Origin: Batkoa obscura
Lineage: Eukaryota
Assembly (NCBI GenBank): GCA_030770535.1
Contig: JASVEC010000015.1
Span: 124,001 to 188,000, forward strand
Direction: 5' to 3'
Length of the DNA: 64,000 nt
The notes beneath the pieces are model-generated. The model was given only the letters and a program-made list of their open reading frames with translations, did not search any database and was not told where the DNA came from. This document shows positions 29,983-40,864 of the stretch, in pieces; the stretch's first letter is position 1, and every line of letters starts with the position of its first letter. The translations under genes and the position numbers were made by a program.

Positions 29983-30834
29983 CTAATAGTATCCATGGAT
30001 TAGCTGTCTATGGGGTAGAAAGATACCTTTCTCGGCACTATTAGCTGCGTTAGAGATAGCTGCGTTAAAGTTAGCTGCAGTGTTTGTTCCTCCAACATTG
30101 AAACTGTTATTGATCTCAAAGTACTTACAGCATCTGTTATTAAAATTGTTGTAGTTAGTGAAATCTGTATAAGCCCATCTAGGTAACCCTCTATACCTTT
30201 TTCCAGTGAAAGGATTATTTTGGTTCGCGAATACAGAGGCTGAAGGGTATCCTTGAATAGTTGCTATGCCATTACTGGCGCTTAGCGAAGGACATCTCCG
30301 CCCTGAATAATGCTCATACATTTTAGTAACTTTATGTCTTTGTCCTGCACTTCTATTCTCTCCCTTAGGAACACACATCGATGATCCAAATCCTACATTA
30401 TGTGTGCCTGCTGGTGGGAACTTATCGCAATCAGAACGCTCTCTTATAAGAAATACATTTGTTGGGTTTGCACCCCAGGTCTTACGTATATCGTGTCCGG
30501 GGTGATGACCACTAGAAAAACTACAGAAGTTGTTATCACCGCATCCTATATCATCGCGTCTAATGTCGACAGGTGTTTTAGCATTCGGTTGGAGTGCGAC
30601 ATCAGACTTTTCATCACCCTCCAGGATTATTCCATTGCCCCATGCATTGACATCTGGTACGCCCCGTCTTATCGCCAGTTCCCTTAATCTATTTATCCCG
30701 TTCTGGACATTGCATGACAGACGAGGGTAATTTGCATGAGGATAATATATATCAAAAGCTACGCTAGCGGGCCTTGCTTGTGAATTGAGACCTGAGAATA
30801 GAGTGAATGCAAATGCTAATGCAAGAGAATACAT
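29983..30834 (-). CDS. Secreted NucA/NucB-like deoxyribonuclease family protein, 283 aa, uninterrupted
   Basis: Hydrophobic signal-like N-terminus; motif CDKFPPAGT..VGFGSSMCVPKGENRSAG resembles CDE(F/Y)PxAxTxxGG...CVxxxENxxxG; several Cys. Confidence 0.7.
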   Translation of the reverse strand: MYSLALAFAFTLFSGLNSQARPASVAFDIYYPHANYPRLSCNVQNGINRLRELAIRRGVPDVNAWGNGIILEGDEKSDVALQPNAKTPVDIRRDDIGCGDNNFCSFSSGHHPGHDIRKTWGANPTNVFLIRERSDCDKFPPAGTHNVGFGSSMCVPKGENRSAGQRHKVTKMYEHYSGRRCPSLSASNGIATIQGYPSASVFANQNNPFTGKRYRGLPRWAYTDFTNYNNFNNRCCKYFEINNSFNVGGTNTAANFNAAISNAANSAEKGIFLPHRQLIHGYY

Positions 30835-30902
30835 GATATTATATTCAGAAGAAGAGTAAAGTTTTCAATTATCTTTGGATTGTATTTTTGTTTTTTGGTG
30901 AT

Positions 30903-30912
30903 AATTGAAGAT
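30903..30912 (+). promoter_or_regulatory. Candidate viral promoter motif AATTGAAGAT
   Basis: About 43 nt before D5 ATG 30946; a divergent AATTGAAAAC (30861-30870, minus strand) precedes the nuclease gene. Confidence 0.6.
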
Positions 30913-30945
30913 GTATGACTTTCACATAAATATTTAGTCTGTTTG

Positions 30946-32214
30946 ATGAAGAAGAAATCAAAGAATAATATATCACCTGCATCCATATGCAAGAAGTTTG
31001 CACTTTCGATTGGTGGTACAATTAAATGTACCTCGTGTGAAAACAAGATCATTGCCTATGAGGAAGATGGTCTTTGGAAGTCTGAAGATGGCTATGTGAG
31101 GCTCAGCAAGACTTTGGATAGTTTCCTCGAGGAGAAGGATATCGATTATAGCATTCCTACGCGAAGTCAGATGATCATGTATTGTCACACACTTGTTTAT
31201 CACGATGAGTTCTTCGAGGATAATGAAGACTGTAAATACATAAGGCTTAAGTCTAAGGTGCTGGATCTTGGGAGTGGGAGGGTGATTGGCCCATCCCCTG
31301 AGCATCGTTCCCGTACATCGATGAACTTTGGCCCCGATCCTACGGTGCCAGAGATGGTGGAACAGTTGTTGGAAGAGTTGTTCCCAAACAAAGAGGTGCG
31401 TGAATACTTTGTAAGATACCTTGAATCCTGCCTTGAGCCATATAATCGTGACAAGATGATGTGTGTGTGGCTGGGGAATGGGAACAATGGCAGCTCGGTG
31501 ATGACGAAGATCGTTGAGAAGATATTCGGAGGATATCATGCTAAGCTTTCATCGAACATTCTCACGAAGAAGAAGAATGAGTCTGGTAATGCCACGCCAG
31601 AGGTTACTCTACTGGCTGATCCCCACTTTGCTGTTATCCAAGAACCAAATGCACATGAGATGATCAATCTTAGTACGTTAAAGGAGCTTACAGGGAATGA
31701 CTCCATCTATGTTCGTAAGTTATATAGTAATGCTGAGGATATTTGGATCAAGGCAAAGATCATCATGGTTATGAATGCACTTCCATTTATAGATTACGAT
31801 GATCCAGCGGCCAGGTCTAAGGTGTGCTGTATTCCGTTTCAGACCAAGGTCTTGCCCGAGAAGGAGATCGACGCTAGAAAGGGTATGTATGTTAGGAAAA
31901 TGAATATTTGGTTCGCTGATAAGATTAGTCATCTAGCGCCCAAGCTGTTACATAGGATCATTCAAGAGTATCCTGTGTATCGCAAAGAAGGGTTATTGGA
32001 CTCGGAGTTTATAAGAACTTATATTGATGGTTGTCTCTCCAAGTTTAATACGTTCGAGAACTATCTCAAACAGCATAGGGAGATGATGGGAGACTTAGAG
32101 ATGTTTAATAGTTATTCATCCTGGCTGCGTTATAAGTATCCGATGCTAAATTATAAGATATTGGATTATGAAGATACAATCTATAAGCTGAGGGCGATAA
32201 AGGGATCCTTTTAG
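30946..32214 (+). CDS. D5-like SF3 helicase (primase domain not evident); Walker A Lys missing
   Basis: WLGNGNNGSS (degenerate Walker A), AVIQEP (Walker B), LKELTGNDSIYVRKLY, MVMNALP, IPFQTK. Confidence 0.92.
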   Translation: MKKKSKNNISPASICKKFALSIGGTIKCTSCENKIIAYEEDGLWKSEDGYVRLSKTLDSFLEEKDIDYSIPTRSQMIMYCHTLVYHDEFFEDNEDCKYIRLKSKVLDLGSGRVIGPSPEHRSRTSMNFGPDPTVPEMVEQLLEELFPNKEVREYFVRYLESCLEPYNRDKMMCVWLGNGNNGSSVMTKIVEKIFGGYHAKLSSNILTKKKNESGNATPEVTLLADPHFAVIQEPNAHEMINLSTLKELTGNDSIYVRKLYSNAEDIWIKAKIIMVMNALPFIDYDDPAARSKVCCIPFQTKVLPEKEIDARKGMYVRKMNIWFADKISHLAPKLLHRIIQEYPVYRKEGLLDSEFIRTYIDGCLSKFNTFENYLKQHREMMGDLEMFNSYSSWLRYKYPMLNYKILDYEDTIYKLRAIKGSF

Positions 32215-32340
32215 GATGGATCAAAGATAAAGATCAGATGGAATGGTTAAGTGTGATGTATCATATTTGACCATATCATATATAATACTTAACCATAATA
32301 AAAAAACATCATATTTGACCATAATATATAAAAGACTTTT

Positions 32341-34426
32341 TAATAGAGTGATCTTATCACATATTACCACCATCCACAGAACACATTTCTTGATATACTT
32401 TCTTAGGATACCTCTCCATATTGATGATAGATAATATCTCTGTCAATGGATTGATCTTCTTCTTCTGTATATAATACAGATAATTTATATCAGGTCTATT
32501 TCTATCATCGGATAGGAAGGCCTTCGTGCCCTACAACCTATCCTCAGACTTACATAAAGCATACTCAACCCTTTCGCCAGACGCTAAACGTACCTCTTCT
32601 TTAACATATACTGCATGTTGGTGTCAAGAGCATACTGGTCATTGATACTAGTGGAAACCAGAAGATGATCTTTATTCACCTTCCCCTGGAACATCTTTAC
32701 CATCCGATTCCTGACGTAAACCTTAATATGCTCCTTGGTCTTATCCTCCTTCATAAGCTCAAGCACCGTCTCATAAGTATCCCTTCGCTTCATTTCCACG
32801 CCCTTATACGTCACGCCATCGGTGTGGTAGGCAATGTACCGCTTCTTTGATAGTATAAATAGATTTGTGTATATGTTCTCGAACTTCAGCCTTATGGGAT
32901 CAATGAACAGCATCGACACATCATCAGCAATCTTCTTTGTCTCCTCTTTTATATTATTCACGTCATCCCTATCGGAGAAGTCAATGATGCATGAGTCTGT
33001 ATCTCCATGGTCAACCTTCCTCCCCACCGTGTTTTCAATGTACTCAACAGCATCACCGATGCATCGGCACCCTATGGCAGTGGCACAGGAAACACCTTCC
33101 ACAAAGTCCTTTGAAAGAAGCCCATAGATCGAGTTCGCGGCAATCTTGTAGCACCACTGCTTGGTATGGTTTGAACGATACTTGTTCCTCGTGCGGATGA
33201 GATCCATAACCAGCTCTGGTACCACACCCTTAGATCCCTTTCTGAAGTACATCTTTCCCCCATCCACATCGATACAGTGATATTCACTGACCTCAACTTC
33301 ACGTATACTCTCCCTATAGGCTGTGTAGCATATGTTATAAGCTATCATGATGGATGGGTACAAGGATGCAAAGTCAATGATAGAGTAGTTCTTATACACC
33401 CCCTTCCTTGGCTCAAGCACAAGACCTCCCTGGTACGGATCTTGTTTTCTCCTACGAGGCAGTTCATAGACAAAATCCTTCTCGTGGCACTTTGCATAGA
33501 GCAACGGTATAACCTTGTGTCTCTGTCCCCTGGTATGGACGTCCTGTATGGAGATGTTAAGCACCCTCGACATCTCAACCAGTGTTGTGATGATATCCAG
33601 CTTATCGATCAGCTTCTTCACAACCATCACATCCCTGATACAGTATTCTGTTATCCTGGCCATGTTGCCATCGCTCATATCAAACAAGCCCACATCCACC
33701 TTCCCCTCCCTAAGATAATGCTGTGATACATAATCAAGTGAGTATTTGGGGAGCTTGTATTCCTTCTTGATGAACTCCATCACATCCACATTCTGATACC
33801 CATCCAGGAGTACATGGCTATTGAATCCAATGGGGGCTGCGTGCACAGAAACTTCATCCTATCGTGAATGTATCTGTTATCAAAGCCTAACGTGTTATAA
33901 CCTGATACCAGAATAGGTCTTGCTTTATCCATCTCACTGAATGAGAAAGCTATCAGTCTCCTTTCATCCTTATCATTGAGCACAATGGGCTGGTGATCAC
34001 CTTCGCCATCAAACGCGACTAACACAATCAGTGTGATTCGATCTTCGGCACAGGTCGGGACAGGCATCCTCTTACGGTTCGATGAAAGCACCTCAATGTC
34101 ATAAATTACCGTCGGCAAAACTGGTATCGAATCATCTTCTACCCTGTTTCCCTGCCCATCGACACTGCAGCAGAAGGTGATCTTTCTCTCCATAAGGAAC
34201 TTCGTCACTGGATCGATGCTATCCTTCGACCTAGACGGGCTGTTCTCAACCATGCTATAAAAAAGAGATGGGTATGGGACACATAAAGACTTTCTATAGA
34301 CCCTCTTTGACCCTTGGTGAAACTCTCTTTTATACTCTATGTTATTATAGGTGAGTGATAATGTGTGACTATTTAAACCCTGCATATAATCACCCCATTC
34401 TTATACTCCCAGTTATAAACAAACAT
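32341..34426 (-). pseudogene. Family B DNA polymerase (delta/NCLDV-type, not protein-primed), frameshifted
   Basis: ExoI YDIEV, ExoII GYNTLGFD, ExoIII YCIRD, DFASLYPSIMIAYNICY, KIAANSIYG, HGDTDS, SKKRY, KGVEMKRRD, GERVEY. Confidence 0.95.
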
Positions 34427-34458
34427 CTATCTGATGCTATCACACCTTGAATTCCCTT

Positions 34459-35902
34459 CTATAAGATAAAACTATTAAGTTCGGTGATATTAATCAAGTT
34501 TAACACTTCACTGGGCACGTGGAAAATATTGTTCTGTATACCGTAATAATCACTGAATCCTTCTTGAGATAACCCCCTTGCTGGTATCTTCCTTATATTC
34601 CTATTCATCGCCGCTCTATCACCATAGATGACCGTAATATCATACTCTCTCCTTTTGATTTCCACAAGGATGTCATGAACATGATACACATCTATTTCAT
34701 CATCGGCCGTGTGAGAGGGGCTTAATCCTACACTCGAACTTCGATAGAGCGTTCTCTTCACTAACCAAGATACCGTTCACCTTAACAACCATCCAGTACA
34801 TCTTATCGTAACCAATGATATAATGATTCATGCAATCATTCGCGTCATTCTAGGATGGATAGATGCAAACGTTGTTGTGATCAAGTACATTGACATTGAC
34901 TCCCTTCATATGCTCATAAATATCCCTATACTTGATCAAATCATATCTTACATTGCGATTGATGACATTATACCTTACAATAGTTTTAATCACTTTATCA
35001 TTCCTGAAGAACTTGACCTTGGATCCCTCCTCCACAATGTCGTGGATGTAGTTGTACGTCGATGTTCCCTTAATGATGCTATGATCCTTTTCATAGCATG
35101 TTGGTATATATGGGTATTGGTGCATATTAGGTAAAGTGTTTAGTTTCATCCCTATAAACATCTTCGGGTTGTTGCATATGAACTTCCTTCCCACGTATGC
35201 AATGCCCTTGACCCGCACACCCACCCCTTGCGTGTAATACAACTGCTTATCTGATAGAATCTCAAAGTGGCTTACTGGCCTCTTAGTAACATCTCTGATC
35301 GCGCGTATGTATCCAACGTTGCGTGAATAGTCATTCACGAACAGATCATCCTTGATTGACATTGTCTCCATGATATAGTCCTTTGCCTTCTCCACCGAAT
35401 ACTTGTTCTTCACCCCCACCTTCACATAGGATCTATAATACTCAAGAACCCGTATGCCTGTGCTCCAATTGGTGAAGTGGATCTTGGAGTTCGTCTTTAC
35501 ATCCAAAACATAAGTCTCATACGTCTCCGCCTTAGACAGACATTCAATACGAATCTTATGTTGGTTGTATTCTTGATAAGCATGGCTGTTCTGTACAACT
35601 ATCTTGTTGAAAAACATTTCATTATCCACCACTCGCGTACTTAAATCATAACTAATGATGCATAATGCGTCGTTTGGTATTTTATCCGGTATCAGGGGAT
35701 GTATGATGTTCCATACATTCTCATCTCTGATACTAAACTTGGAACTTATCTTAGCATCATAGTTTATGAGAACATAATAACCCATCTCTTTCTTGTTAAT
35801 AAGCCCTATGGTATCATATAAGGTGTATATGTTTAGTTCCTTATGGTTATAATAGACTCTATTATAGCAACGTATAAAGTCGCGAAAGTAATCTTTGAGC
35901 AT
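34459..35902 (-). pseudogene. Probable early transcription factor large subunit (vaccinia A7-like): 350-aa ORF plus a likely frameshifted tail
   Basis: FICNNPKMFIGMKLNTLPNMHQYPYIPTCYEKDH resembles the C...GLxxNxLxN...PxxPCC(Y/F) motif of NCLDV A7 homologues; D6-like partner is in the same island. Confidence 0.6.
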
Positions 35903-35930
35903 GATATATTATTCGCCTTATTTATCTTAT

Positions 35931-35940
35931 ATCTTCAATT
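35931..35940 (-). promoter_or_regulatory. Candidate viral promoter motif AATTGAAGAT
   Basis: ATCTTCAATT on the + strand, about 38 nt upstream of ATG 35902. Confidence 0.6.
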
Positions 35941-35974
35941 ACAGAGGGATAGGACCCATCGTTGCATTTGTTTT

Positions 35975-36961
35975 TTATGCTTCTCTTTTCTTCAGAGTCA
36001 TAAAGCTTGACTCTGGCTGCCCTGTTATCCGAGCCACTTCATTCAAAGTCACAAACCTTAGGTTCTCATAGAAGCACAAATACCCATCAACCATCGTTCT
36101 CATATCAAGCCCTTCTATATCATACCAATACGGTTCAACCTTCTCAATGATATCATCGACATCGATATTGTGTATATTGTATTTCCGCGATCTTACCTCA
36201 CGTATCAGCTTTATACCATTCAAGTTCATCCTCAGGCAATTATGGTAGAAGTCAACCACTTCATCCATATGCCTGCAGCTTCTTGTTGTATACGCCTTCC
36301 CCGATAGTTTGTTATAATACCCTATCGCCTTCTTTTTATTAATGCTTGTTTCTGTGGGAATGTGTTTTCCACAATACTTCGACCCTTGCTTATATCCGAA
36401 TGAACATCTCTTTCCCTTATTCAGTCCATAGACCAATGTAGCTTTGCATATATGTTGTACATCCACCTGTGTCTTCTCTACCTCAATCTCCTTCTCATAT
36501 AGCTGAATGTCCTTCTGCTCTATCTCCGCTTGCATCTCCTTTAGGTTCCTCGATAGCCTCTGATTGGCTTCCATAAGATCCTGTTTCTCCATAACCAGGT
36601 CACTTATCTCCTTTGTCCTGTCCTCCATCTCTTTAATATCACATCCACTACTTCCATTCACACTCTTTATATCCTTTATCTTATCTATTCCAATCTATTT
36701 ATTGAGAATGGCAAATGTAACGCAGTTAAGACATTTCTCTGTATTACTATTCTGACTCCATGTCCTGAATGTATTTGTGAGTATATCAAAGTTACCAGTG
36801 TATTTGGTCAGTGCTTCGAACACAGGCCTGGGTATATATTTGTCTTCACAGCTCTCTATGGCAATAGCATCATATCTGAATCTGATGCCTGGCGCTAGAT
36901 CAAGGATGTCCTTTATCGCTTCTTCCGCAGTAGTTTCATCCAACACTCGGCTGTTACTCAC
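35975..36961 (-). pseudogene. Viral coiled-coil protein with a C3H zinc-finger-like motif; two in-frame ORFs split by one stop
   Basis: ORFs 36695-36961 and 35975-36661 are in the same frame; CKATLVYGLNKGKRCSFGYKQGSKYCGKH. Confidence 0.6.
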
Positions 36962-37036
36962 AATGATGTCAATTATTCTCTTTAGTAAAGTTTCATATGA
37001 CCTGTATTCGGATAGATCAATACGATCAAACCTATT

Positions 37037-37339
37037 CTAAGAGACCTTGAGGTTTGATGGTGACTTGAAAAGGTCTTTATAGAAACGTATTGCCATGGGA
37101 AAGGCCTTCTCATCCCTGATACCAAATGGAACTCTCTCGTATCTCATGATGGATCTCTTACCCTTCTGTTCATTCCGTGCTTTCATATATTCTTCTCCAA
37201 AGCTACCACAACAGAACGAAACCTCATCATCGTAATAGCTATATTCCTTATACATTTTGTTTATGACAAAACCATGATGAATGAACTCTTTAAGCCTCTC
37301 TTCGTAGGACTTTATTAAATAACTAATACCCTTCTTCAT
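37037..37339 (-). CDS. Viral hypothetical protein, 100 aa
   Basis: ATG-started ORF with a TTGA motif 34 nt upstream. Confidence 0.5.
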   Translation of the reverse strand: MKKGISYLIKSYEERLKEFIHHGFVINKMYKEYSYYDDEVSFCCGSFGEEYMKARNEQKGKRSIMRYERVPFGIRDEKAFPMAIRFYKDLFKSPSNLKVS

Positions 37340-37407
37340 GATGTTTTTATTTCTATTGATATATAAAAATCAACACTTAAATGCTTGAGTACAAAGTCTT
37401 TTTTAAT

Positions 37408-38205
37408 TATCATAGGATGAGGCGCTTAGGAATAACCCCTCACTGATAGTAAAATCATCGCTAATCCAGACATCATCATACTTAATCTTATCACCAGATT
37501 CAAACATCGACTATACAAGAGGTCTCATAACCTTCTTGAACCCAAGCAGAATAAAAGGCGTGATGCAATTATCCTTATAACATAAGCTCCAAAAATGTGT
37601 GTACATGTCTTTGAGAATAATGATGGTTGTCTCCTGAAACATCTTCTGACCGGGTGATCTCCATCAGCTGTAACTCTGCTAAACTATATACAGTATCTCT
37701 GCTATCCACATCCCAGGTCTCACTTATACTGTAAGAAATAGTATCCGCATCTTTGGTCGCATTATCTCCTTCCCTTATATTTTTGAGGATTCTCTGGGAA
37801 CTATAACAATACCCATAGGGAAGTGTAACACACCGATCGATGCATCATGGCATCCTTCTATACTCTGTATATAATAATCCTTATCAAGCATATTTTGGCT
37901 ACATGTTATTTCTGGATATTCGGATACTTCATTATTGATGATATTATATGAAACATTCAACCTCTTTAAAGATATGACAATGTCTATCACTGATATTCTT
38001 CTTTTATACATTTCTCCTTTATCCATATAATGTAAATGACTATCTTTATCCACCAACCTTACTGCATGTACTAAATCTTTTATAACAGTTTATATATGTT
38101 TATGTGAACGCTTATATCTAACTTTGATGTTAGCTTCGTAGAACGACAGTAGTAACTTTATTCTAGGTATACCATTGTCTATCGAATCATTGGATTCTCC
38201 GACAT
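37408..38205 (-). pseudogene. Viral hypothetical gene, disrupted
   Basis: ORF fragment 37775-38056 with coding-like flanks, ending at TGA-TAA followed by TAAAAAAGACTT. Confidence 0.45.
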
Positions 38206-38703
38206 TATGAAATGAAGACTACTAACTTAATAAAACCATCATAAACTAACTAATATTGATCTACTTTTTGACCTAGTTTTTACCGTCTAAATATTACTCC
38301 AACTTAAACTAAATTTTGTATCAATATACTAACATAATAGCTACCCTATTATAGTGTACCAATTTAATTTAAATCGATAACTTTTAAAATTCATGTTTCA
38401 ATGGTATAAAAAATCATACTCACTTTTTTAAACGTAGCATTTAACAGAGCCTTTTAGATATTATAGTATTGTTTGTTTTATAAAAAACCAAGCATTTATA
38501 AAATAAGGGTCAAATTTTTTAACTATTATAGTTTAATAATTTTAATAGCCTTTGTTTTTTTAAATATGAGAAAATATAGTTGATGAAGTAAATTATTACA
38601 TTTTATAAGGATTAGAAATTTTCAATCATGCTGTTTAAATCTATTATAGTATTAAAACATTATAAAATAAATAAAACTAATAAGATGTAAATTATCACTA
38701 TAT

Positions 38704-38802
38704 GGGGATGTATTTTTGTGTTTAAGAGCTTTACTAATAATTTTTCCACTCAAATAGCACTTAAAGGATGGAAAAAGTAATGAAGCCAAAAAAGACATCC
38801 CC
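38704..38802 (+). mobile_element. MITE copy 5
   Basis: GGGGATGT...ACATCCCC, ATAT TSD. Confidence 0.92.
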
Positions 38803-39946
38803 ATATGGTTTATTCTAGTTATTTTTATTTGATGCTTACAATTTTATTTCTATTATTTTATATTTAACAAACTGTAAAAAATAGAATTTTATTTTTACTC
38901 TTTTCGTTGAAGAATTATTTTATTAGGAACAAGATTAGATCCAATGAAGGAACAAGAATATCAAACCACCAGAAGGAAATCGTATAAGAAGAACACCTAA
39001 TAAAGCGACTAAAGGTAATGGAGACAAATAGTAAATTAAAAAGAGGAAATGTATATGATTTTATATAAGCTGGAAGTGAATTCCTTTAGTGACACTCGGA
39101 ATTCAAGTCCATGGGAAAGTTTTTGACTTTATTTCTGTGAAGTTTCTGAGCTATGTGAAAGTCTCTTCCATTTAAAAAATACTTTATTTTTATTTAGTAA
39201 TTATAATCAACCTTAATTTACTTTGTTTGGACTTTTTTCAATAAAAGTTATTTTTAAAATAAAAGAAATTTTTATATACTTTCCCTTGCATTGATTGTTT
39301 AAATAAAATATAAAAAAGGTGGAGTTGAATTACCATTGTACCTTAGCTGGATAATTAACTTCATTTTTTAAAAATAGTTAATCCCTTAAAAAATATTGTC
39401 ATTATTTAAGTTTATGAATATCCATTTCAATGAAATTCATATGAAATCCAAATATTTTATAGTACTATAATACCCTAACTACTCCCTGTTTCATTCTACT
39501 ATTGTATAAGTGAAAGGAGATATTATAATAAGTTTATTTGACACTAAAGAAAAATGATGAAATTTACGCCACATAAAATTAAGTGATATAATATTGTATC
39601 ATTTCTTTAATAAAGTAAGATTTGATAATTTTATTATTTTATCTATGATAAAATTTAAAATATTAAAATTAAGACTATCTGTGATCTGTGTCATTAAAGC
39701 CGTAATTAAATAGTTATTTAACATCTTCAAAAATATTATTTTAATTTAACAAAAAACATATACTTTGCCAATAGGGGGCGCGCTCAAGGTTGAAAAAAAA
39801 TATCGAAAATAATGATTAAACTAAAGATTTTAATTTTTTTACAATTATAATGGAGAAGGAGAAACGAAATAACGGCATTTATAATTAAAAGCAGGTCTTA
39901 AATAGATGATGAAAATAATACAATTCCATTCAGATATTAATTGATA

Positions 39947-40864
39947 TTAATTCTGTTTAGAAGCTAACTGGGATAGCTTGAGATCCTTGATTTTCTGTAG
40001 TTCAATAACTTCTTCTTTTAATCCTTCAATGTAATCAGCTGCTCTTTTTAAGAGTACCGCTTTACTACAACTTCCGCCACCACATTTAAGTACTAACTCT
40101 TCAAGTTCTGAAAAACACTTACGAATTAAATCACGTCTCTTTTGCTCAGAAGCAATATGGTTGGCTCTCCTCATCTCATCTTTCAAAGGTGGTAATGCTT
40201 TATTGTTTGAGCGTGAGTTTTTTGAGGCCTTAGTGGATTGTGGTAAAATGGTTTGCTTATTCACTTCATTTTGCATTAAAACGGGGGTCACTGAAGAACT
40301 GTTAGTTGGATAAACTGGGTGACTTATATCATTGTTAGTTGAAGAGCTATGCTGTTCAAAGTAAGGTGAATTTTTATTATTGTTGGAAAAATAATTTGAT
40401 TGAGAACCAACATGATTATTCATTTGACGATTTCTTTGGTGATATGGGGAAAAAGTAGCAGTAGACTCATGATATGGTGTGGAGATTGGATTAAATGAAT
40501 AGTTTGCTCCTGTAGGTTTATTTAAAGTATCCGGATAAACCTGATTCTGAGTCCAAGAGTTTAATAAGTTAGAGAGATCCAAGTTTGGAAATAAATCGTT
40601 TTTTTCTTCAACCAAGTTATCAAAAAACCCGGATAGAAATTGTTGTTCAGATGGATCGAAAAGTGAAATAGGAAAATCAAGTGGGGGTGGTTCAAGTTGT
40701 GTCTTAGGTGGCTCAATATCTAATAAGTGTCAACTACTTGTAAATTAATTAAATAAAGTATATTTACTTGATCCGCCGAACCAATTCGAACAATGAGCTT
40801 TTGGGTCTACTAAACCGTCCCTTTGATTATTCACTGTTGAAAAAGAGTTGTATCGATTCATCAT
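39947..40864 (-). CDS. bHLH transcription factor (INO4/MLX-like), one intron
   Basis: RRANHIASEQKRRDLIR...SKAVLLKRAADYI plus coiled tail. Confidence 0.85.

Larger units (their letters stand above)
19120..38220. mobile_element. Endogenous Nucleocytoviricota-like viral element (decaying); boundaries approximate
   Basis: Intronless, tightly packed genes for RPB1, RPB2, D6/D11 helicase, capping enzyme, D5, PolB and A7-like factor; visibly less AT-rich than the flanks; many stops and frameshifts. Confidence 0.93.

Noticed and set aside
30400..35134. Numerous overlapping antisense or alternate-frame ORFs (e.g. 30973-31539, 33277-33726, 34823-35134)
   Set aside because: These are shadows of the real genes in less AT-rich DNA and have no motifs.
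19120..38220. Island as a Polinton/Maverick or a yeast-type linear plasmid
   Set aside because: The PolB motifs are delta/NCLDV-type rather than protein-primed, a D5 helicase and an A7-like gene are present, and no integrase or long TIRs were seen.
19009..38802. MITE copies 3 and 5 as the ends of a composite transposon carrying the viral DNA
   Set aside because: Each has its own flanking duplication, the outer flanks differ (AAAT vs ATAT), and MITEs are common enough here to flank the island by chance.
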